This document shows, piece by piece, positions 58,612 through 64,000 of a stretch of 64,000 nt of DNA. Origin of the DNA: Candidatus Fermentibacteraceae bacterium (GTDB lineage: Bacteria; Fermentibacterota; Fermentibacteria; Fermentibacterales; JCC-6); NCBI GenBank assembly GCA_041750285.1, contig JBGSZS010000011.1, positions 86,981 to 150,980 of the forward strand. Reading direction: 5' to 3'. Under the pieces are notes generated by a model. That model was not told where the DNA came from and made no database searches. It was given only the letters and a program-made list of their open reading frames with translations. The position numbers and the translations under genes were made by a program. The number at the start of each line of letters is the position of its first letter. The first letter of the stretch is position 1.

Positions 58612-59900
58612 CCCCGACACAGACCGTTCAGTGGCTCGACAAGCATGTGATCGGTCAGACCAAGGCGAAGAGAACCGTGGCCATTGCCCTCAGGAACCGC
58701 CACAGAAGGAAGATGGTTCCCGAGCCGGTACGCTCCGAGATCTACCCGTCGAACCTGATAATGATGGGGCCTACCGGGGTGGGAAAGACCGAGATAGCCA
58801 GACGCATGGCCAACCTCGTGGGGGCGCCCTTCGTGAAGGTCGAGGCAACCAAGTACACCGAGACCGGCTATGTGGGGCGGGATGTTGAAAGCATGGTCCG
58901 CGACCTGGTGAGACAGGCCGTCAACCTCTCCACAGGCATGGCCCGCGATGCCAAGTACAGCGAGGCCATGACACGTGTGAAAGCCAGACTGACCGAGGCC
59001 CTCCGGAAATCGGGGGATGACTTCGGCTCCGATGCCGAACTGGAGAGACTGCTTTCGAGCGGGGTGCTCGACTCGAGGGAGATCGAGCTTTCAGTATCGG
59101 AAAAACCAACGCTCGAGGTCCTTCCAATGATGCCGGGGATGGACAACTCCGCCGGTGAACAGCTCAAGGGCATGTTCGAGAAGATCATGGGCCAGCGCAG
59201 ACGCAGGGCGAGGCTTTCGGTATCGGAAGCCAGGTCCAGGCTGATGGAGGAGGAGACTTCGCTGCTTCTCGAGGGCGGCGATCACGTTCAGGAAGGCCTT
59301 CGTCTGGCTCAGGAGGAGGGGATAATCTTTATCGACGAGATAGACAAGATCATCGGGGCGGATGGGGGAGCGGGACCCGATGTCTCCCGGATGGGGGTTC
59401 AGCGCGACCTCCTTCCCATTCTCGAGGGCTGCACCATCGCGACCCGGTACGGTCCCGTCAAGACAGACCACATCCTTTTCATCGCGGCTGGCGCCTTCAA
59501 CGGGAGCAGCCCGTCGGACCTGATACCCGAGCTTCAGGGAAGGTTCCCCTTGAGGGTGTCGCTCGATCCGCTGGGCAGGGACGAGCTTCTCCGGGTGCTG
59601 ACTGAACCCGAGGGCTGCCTTCTCAAGCAGTACGTCGAGCTTCTTGCCGCGGATGGAGTGGATCTGAAACTCGATCCCGAGGCGTGCGCCGCCGTTGCGG
59701 AAACCGCCCAGATACTGAACCAGGAATTGGAGGACATCGGTGCCAGACGCCTGCGGCCGGTTCTTTCATTCCTTCTGGATGACTATCTTTTCGGTGCGCC
59801 CGACGTTTTCGCCGGGAAGGCGCGCATAACGGGAAAGGTCGCCCAGGATAAACTTGCAGGCCTTGTTGAAAGGCGGACGGAAGATAATTATATTCTTTGA
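58590..59900 (+). CDS. hslU: ATP-dependent protease ATPase subunit HslU
   Basis: GPTGVGKTEIARR, KVEATK, FIDEIDK, GVQRDLLP, PELQGRFP, IGARRL. Confidence 0.98.
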   Translation: MSAVRSLTPTQTVQWLDKHVIGQTKAKRTVAIALRNRHRRKMVPEPVRSEIYPSNLIMMGPTGVGKTEIARRMANLVGAPFVKVEATKYTETGYVGRDVESMVRDLVRQAVNLSTGMARDAKYSEAMTRVKARLTEALRKSGDDFGSDAELERLLSSGVLDSREIELSVSEKPTLEVLPMMPGMDNSAGEQLKGMFEKIMGQRRRRARLSVSEARSRLMEEETSLLLEGGDHVQEGLRLAQEEGIIFIDEIDKIIGADGGAGPDVSRMGVQRDLLPILEGCTIATRYGPVKTDHILFIAAGAFNGSSPSDLIPELQGRFPLRVSLDPLGRDELLRVLTEPEGCLLKQYVELLAADGVDLKLDPEACAAVAETAQILNQELEDIGARRLRPVLSFLLDDYLFGAPDVFAGKARITGKVAQDKLAGLVERRTEDNYIL

Positions 59901-59936
59901 AAGTTTACCGTTCGTGTCTTCTGAAACGGAGGGCTG

Positions 59937-60515
59937 ATGCACCGCTCGGGTAACGATGTGGCATACAAGATCGTGTATTACGGACCCGGTCTTTCGGGCA
60001 AGACGACAAACCTGAGAGGCATCAGGGATCTTGTGGCCCCCGAGAACAGGGGACGCCTGGTAACCCTCTGCACAAGGTGTGAGCGCACGGTATTCTTCGA
60101 CTTCCTCCCCGTGAACTTCGCCCGCATCGGAGACACCAGGGTGAAGCTGCACCTTTACTCGGTGCCGGGGCAGGCATACTATGCCCTCAGCCGCAGGGTC
60201 ATCCTCGACGGCGTCGACGGCATAGTTTTCGTTGCCGACAGCCAGAAGGAACGCACCGAGGCCAACCTGAACACGATGGACGATCTCGAGCACAACCTCT
60301 CCTCGTACGGTCTCGACGCCGGCCGGATTCCCCTGGTCCTTCAGTTCAACAAGCGCGACCTTCCAGGGATCATGCCCGTGGAACAGATGAGCCGCGACCT
60401 CAACAGGCACGGATGGCCCACGGTCGAATCCGTCGCCCTTGGCGGCTCGGGACCGACGGAAACTCTGAAGGAGATCGCCAGGGTGATGGCCAGGCGCCAT
60501 GGCGCGCTGGTCTGA
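59937..60515 (+). CDS. MglA-family small GTPase (copy 2)
   Basis: KIVYYGPGLSGKTTNL, ERTVFFDFLP, HLYSVPGQ, NKRDL. Confidence 0.9.
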   Translation: MHRSGNDVAYKIVYYGPGLSGKTTNLRGIRDLVAPENRGRLVTLCTRCERTVFFDFLPVNFARIGDTRVKLHLYSVPGQAYYALSRRVILDGVDGIVFVADSQKERTEANLNTMDDLEHNLSSYGLDAGRIPLVLQFNKRDLPGIMPVEQMSRDLNRHGWPTVESVALGGSGPTETLKEIARVMARRHGALV

Positions 60516-62658
60516 GCCCTTTTCCTCCCCAATAGCCCGTTTCGCGACCCTTTTCCTCTTCATGGGCGCCGCCCTGGCTTTCAGGGCGTTCTTTTCGGTT
60601 CATGTGATGCCCCCTCCGCTGCTTATGCAGGGAGAGGCAACCCAGGCCTACAGGTATTCCGCAATGATCTCACGGGGGGAGGGTGTCCCGGACATCGACC
60701 CCATGTCCATGCACCCCGGGGGCTTCGTAACGGGCCAGAACAGCATTTTCGAAGAGTACATCGCAGGAGGGCTTCACGCCGTCATCGGAGGCGACTTCGA
60801 CAGCTGGATGCGCATCTTCTGTCTGGTGTTCCCCCTGCTTGCCATTATCGGCATCCATCTCTGGACAGGTGCCGCCGGTTTCTCCCGGCGCACGGCCCTG
60901 GCGGCATCGGCGCTTTACGGGATAATGCTTCCCGCACTCCTCAGGACAAGGGGGGAAAGCCTTTACCGCGAGACGGTCGCCCTGCCCCTCATCGTCTTTC
61001 TGGGATGGACCCTCGAACGCGCAATCGGCGCAGACAGGGGAAAGCTGCGCCCGGCCGTTGCTTCGGCCGTCCTTCTCTTTGCCGCCCTGGCCTCCTGGAA
61101 GGTGGCCGGTTTCCTCTCGCTGTTCATCTTCGCGTACCTGCTCTTTTCCCGCAAAGCCCCGGGGGATCGGGTACTCATCATTCCCCTCGGCGCAGCCCAG
61201 CTTCTGGCAAGCCTGCTTCTATCCCACATGAGGCACGACACTGCGATCCTTTCCCCCGCATCCATCCTTGCAGCCGCCGCCATGATCTCATGTTTCGTCC
61301 CTGCAGGATCCCGCAGGGCCCTGTCATGGGCGGGAGCCCTGGCTGCCGCCGCCGGGGCCCTGCTGCTGCCCGGTGAAGGCGGTCACGTGACGGCTGTCGC
61401 GCTGGCCAAGTTCAGGTTCCTGTTCAGACACCCCGCCGATCCCCTGCTTCTTTCCCCCGACGCCAGGCTGTTCTGGGTCGGGGGTTATACGAGCCCGACT
61501 CCGGGAGAGTTCATCTGGCTCTTCGGTCCGCTTTTCGTTGCGGCGATTCCGGGGATCGCCCCCTTCTTCAGGCAGGCCCGGGGCCGGCTGATGGTTCCCT
61601 TTCTCTTCGTTTCCATGGCGGGTTACCTTTTCTTCGACCGTCTGCACGTGTTCCTGGCCGTTGCCCTGGCGCCGGTCCTGGCGCTTTCGGCACGCAGAAG
61701 CGCTCTGCTGCCGGTTGTTTTCGTTCTGGTGGGGGCACATGCCGTTTTCGCCCCTTCTCTGGGACAGTGGCTCTCCGAGGCGGGGCTTTCCTTCCGCCCC
61801 GGCGCATCACTTCTGACCGACGACGAACTGGACGGCTACCTGCGCTGGGTTCGCACATCGACCGCCCCCTCCGAGGCCTTTCTCGCGTACTGGCACATCT
61901 CGGGTCTTACAAGTGCTTACGCAGAGCGGCCAACGGTCCTTCACACGTTCTTCGAAAACCGCCGGAACCGCGAAAACATCGTTGAGTTCTCTGCCTGTCT
62001 CTTCCGTTCCGGGGAGGATGAGCTGGTGTCATTCATGGAGGAGAATGAAGCCCGTTACCTGGTCTACCAGGCGGATTTCCTTCTCGACCGCTCATGGCAG
62101 GGCGCAGCGTATCTGGGAGGGATCTCCGCACCCAACGACTCATCGGTCTCTTTCCTGCTTCATTACATGCCTGAGCGTCTGGAACGCCTTGCCCTGGTCT
62201 GGCAGGGAGCTTCCATCCGTGTTTTCAAACTCGATGGAACCCCCTTCACGCCGCACCGCAACCCCCTGTTCATCCTCAGGTACAGGCCATTCTTCGATTA
62301 CGGGACGGCCTCCGCCTGCATCTCTGACCCTGTTGGAACGGCCCTTGCGCTTGGCTCCGCGGGTTTGTCACGGCGTGACCCAGATGCCGTATCCGCAGCC
62401 CTTCTCGTGCTTTCCGGAAATCCTTCCGAGGTGCCCGCCGAAGCATCCATCGGCCTTCTTCAGTTCCTTGTCGAAGCCCATCTGGCTGGTGCTTACGACA
62501 TTCTCGACCTCGAGGGCGATTTCGAGGCCTACCTTGAGGGCTGGGGTCCCGACCGGGAAGTGAGACTTGACCTGGTTCGCCTTCTTGAACGGGCCGGTCT
62601 CAGGGACAGGGCATTTCACCACTACGGTCTTGCTTTCGGGGAAGGGGGTGTCACGTGA
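60499..62658 (+). CDS. STT3/DPY19-like GT-C membrane glycosyltransferase
   Basis: GEATQAYRY, DPMSMHPGG, LYRETVALP, multiple TM segments, FLAYWHISG...RPTVLHTFFE, ARYLV. Confidence 0.7.
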   Translation: MARWSEPFSSPIARFATLFLFMGAALAFRAFFSVHVMPPPLLMQGEATQAYRYSAMISRGEGVPDIDPMSMHPGGFVTGQNSIFEEYIAGGLHAVIGGDFDSWMRIFCLVFPLLAIIGIHLWTGAAGFSRRTALAASALYGIMLPALLRTRGESLYRETVALPLIVFLGWTLERAIGADRGKLRPAVASAVLLFAALASWKVAGFLSLFIFAYLLFSRKAPGDRVLIIPLGAAQLLASLLLSHMRHDTAILSPASILAAAAMISCFVPAGSRRALSWAGALAAAAGALLLPGEGGHVTAVALAKFRFLFRHPADPLLLSPDARLFWVGGYTSPTPGEFIWLFGPLFVAAIPGIAPFFRQARGRLMVPFLFVSMAGYLFFDRLHVFLAVALAPVLALSARRSALLPVVFVLVGAHAVFAPSLGQWLSEAGLSFRPGASLLTDDELDGYLRWVRTSTAPSEAFLAYWHISGLTSAYAERPTVLHTFFENRRNRENIVEFSACLFRSGEDELVSFMEENEARYLVYQADFLLDRSWQGAAYLGGISAPNDSSVSFLLHYMPERLERLALVWQGASIRVFKLDGTPFTPHRNPLFILRYRPFFDYGTASACISDPVGTALALGSAGLSRRDPDAVSAALLVLSGNPSEVPAEASIGLLQFLVEAHLAGAYDILDLEGDFEAYLEGWGPDREVRLDLVRLLERAGLRDRAFHHYGLAFGEGGVT

Positions 62659-63479
62659 GTTTCGAGTTCACGAAGATGAGCGGTGCCGGAAACGACTTCA
62701 TCGTTCTGGACAGAACCGGAAATCCCGATTCCCGTGGGCCTTCCCCCGGTTTCATCGCCGGGGTCTGCCGGAGGGGGCTGGGGGTCGGTGCCGACGGACT
62801 TCTCGAACTTCTGCCTCCCCGCGGGGATGAAGCCTTCGCGATGAGCTACTTCAACTCGGACGGGGGCCGGGCATCGATGTGCGGAAACGGGGCCAGGTGC
62901 ATATGCACATTCGCCCATTCCCGCGGGCTGGTGAGGATCGGGGAACCCTTCGATTTCTCGTCAGACTCGGGTCTGCATCACGGGCTGGTGCTGTCACACG
63001 ATTCCGCCAGGATATGGATGACCGAACCATCCGTTGCGTTCCTCGGGAAACCGATGGACCTTGGGATGAAATGGCCAGTGAGCCTTGTGGATACGGGCGT
63101 CCCCCACGCGGTGGTCCTTCGGGAAAGGCTGGACGACGGCACCTTCGAGAAGATGGCGCCCCTTCTCAGACATCACCCCGAGACAGGTCCCGCCGGCGCC
63201 AACGCCGACTGGGCGATGCTTCAACCGGACGGCTCCCTTTCACTCAGGACATACGAGAGGGGAGTGGAGGGGGAAACCCTTGCGTGCGGAACAGGGGCGG
63301 TGGCGGCAGTGCTTGTGTGCCTCGAAACGGTGCCCGGCTTTCGATTGCCTGCCTCCGTCCGGGTCGCCAGCGGGCTGTCTCTCACCGTGGGCCGTGACGG
63401 CGGGGGATGGTGGCTTTCGGGCGAGGCAAGGGCTGTCTACAGGGGTGTGCTGCTCCCTGACGACGGATCAGAAGCTTGA
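62655..63479 (+). CDS. dapF: Diaminopimelate epimerase
   Basis: FTKMSGAGNDF, GVGADG, NSDG..SMCGNGARC, TGVPH, RTYERGVEGETLACGTG. Confidence 0.97.
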   Translation: MSFEFTKMSGAGNDFIVLDRTGNPDSRGPSPGFIAGVCRRGLGVGADGLLELLPPRGDEAFAMSYFNSDGGRASMCGNGARCICTFAHSRGLVRIGEPFDFSSDSGLHHGLVLSHDSARIWMTEPSVAFLGKPMDLGMKWPVSLVDTGVPHAVVLRERLDDGTFEKMAPLLRHHPETGPAGANADWAMLQPDGSLSLRTYERGVEGETLACGTGAVAAVLVCLETVPGFRLPASVRVASGLSLTVGRDGGGWWLSGEARAVYRGVLLPDDGSEA

Positions 63480-63520
63480 CGCCGGGGGGCTCCGTGAATA
63501 TCTATCCCGAGCTTTCCGGA

Positions 63521-63595
63521 GCGGGCATAGCTCAGTTGGTAGAGTGTCAGCTTCCCAAGCTGAATGTCGAGGGTTCGAGTCCCTTCACCCGCTCC
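63521..63595 (+). tRNA. tRNA-Gly(CCC) with two acceptor-stem mismatches; CCA not fully encoded
   Basis: Anticodon arm TCAGC-TTCCCAA-GCTGA; T arm GAGGG-TTCGAGT-CCCTT; acceptor GCGGGCA vs CACCCGC; U73. Confidence 0.9.
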
Positions 63596-63667
63596 TTCTC
63601 CGTGACTTTCTGGCCAGAGCGAAGCTCGGATTGATGTCGCGGCAACGCGCATCGCGCACCATCGATC

Positions 63668-63772
63668 GACCACCGATGTTGCGGATGACGCGGATCTGAA
63701 ACCGATAGCTCGGTGACGATCATTTCTCCTTGCATCCGCGGCGATCCGCCAAATCCGCGTCATCTGCGGTCC
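63668..63772. repeat. Palindromic REP-like element built from GCGGAT/ATCCGC units
   Basis: GCGGATGACGCGGAT (63681-63695) is inverted against ATCCGCGTCATCTGC (63753-63767); tandem ATCCGC units every 9-10 nt. Confidence 0.55.
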
Positions 63773-64000
63773 AGTACTTCGCAAAGCATTGCACGCGACA
63801 CCATCTCGATCGCTGCTTTCCAGTCGATCTCCTTGATCCAAGCACGATCGCTGGTTTGCGACTTATCGCCCGATGCGCTTCAATACCCCGCATCCACTCG
63901 CGGCGTGTTTGAACTTGACCGCCGACCCCTGGCCTCCGACCTTTTCCCATGCATCCACTCGACTACGCCGTCGTCGCCATCTACCTCCTGGCCACGGTCG

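Noticed and set aside
1..64000. CRISPR array, rRNA or transposase
   Set aside because: No regularly spaced direct repeats, rRNA-like tracts or transposase motifs seen; nearly all sequence is accounted for by CDSs.

Overview
Gene-dense, GC-rich bacterial core-genome segment. The lineage is inferred only: an FCB-related anaerobe such as Ca. Fermentibacterota, judged from T9SS-like C-terminal domains, a gingipain-like C25 peptidase, a TWGxIK-tailed secreted protein and DUF2723. Contents in order: NYN protein (partial), amidase, secG-tRNA-Leu, adenylate cyclase-STAND-TPR, CASTOR/POLLUX-like channel, TetR-RND efflux-MATE, gingipain-like protease, ECF sigma/anti-sigma/PDZ, msbA-like/GT9/mutS, a Fur/PerR-flavin reductase pair, a GT2/GT4/GT-C glycosylation cluster, a two-component system, archaeal-type gatE, and a ~21 kb co-directional run (hpf-hprK-ptsH-ptsI, glycosyltransferases, tatA, mglA, topA, xerC, DUF2723, hslVU, a second mglA, STT3/DPY19-like, dapF) ending at tRNA-Gly. 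Most notable: (1) a secreted beta-propeller gene split by one in-frame UGA in a Cys-UGA context, followed by a SECIS-like hairpin (candidate novel selenoprotein); (2) a tRNA-Leu with the rare AAG anticodon at the secG-leuU locus; (3) an orphan MglA GTPase coupled to a membrane protein carrying a ribosomal L7/L12-CTD-like domain and a Cys8 zinc finger; (4) archaeal-type GatE; (5) DPY19-like and TMEM260-like GT-C enzymes; (6) a chimeric tRNA-Gly followed by foreign-looking DNA. All family calls come from motif recognition by eye; no searches were run.
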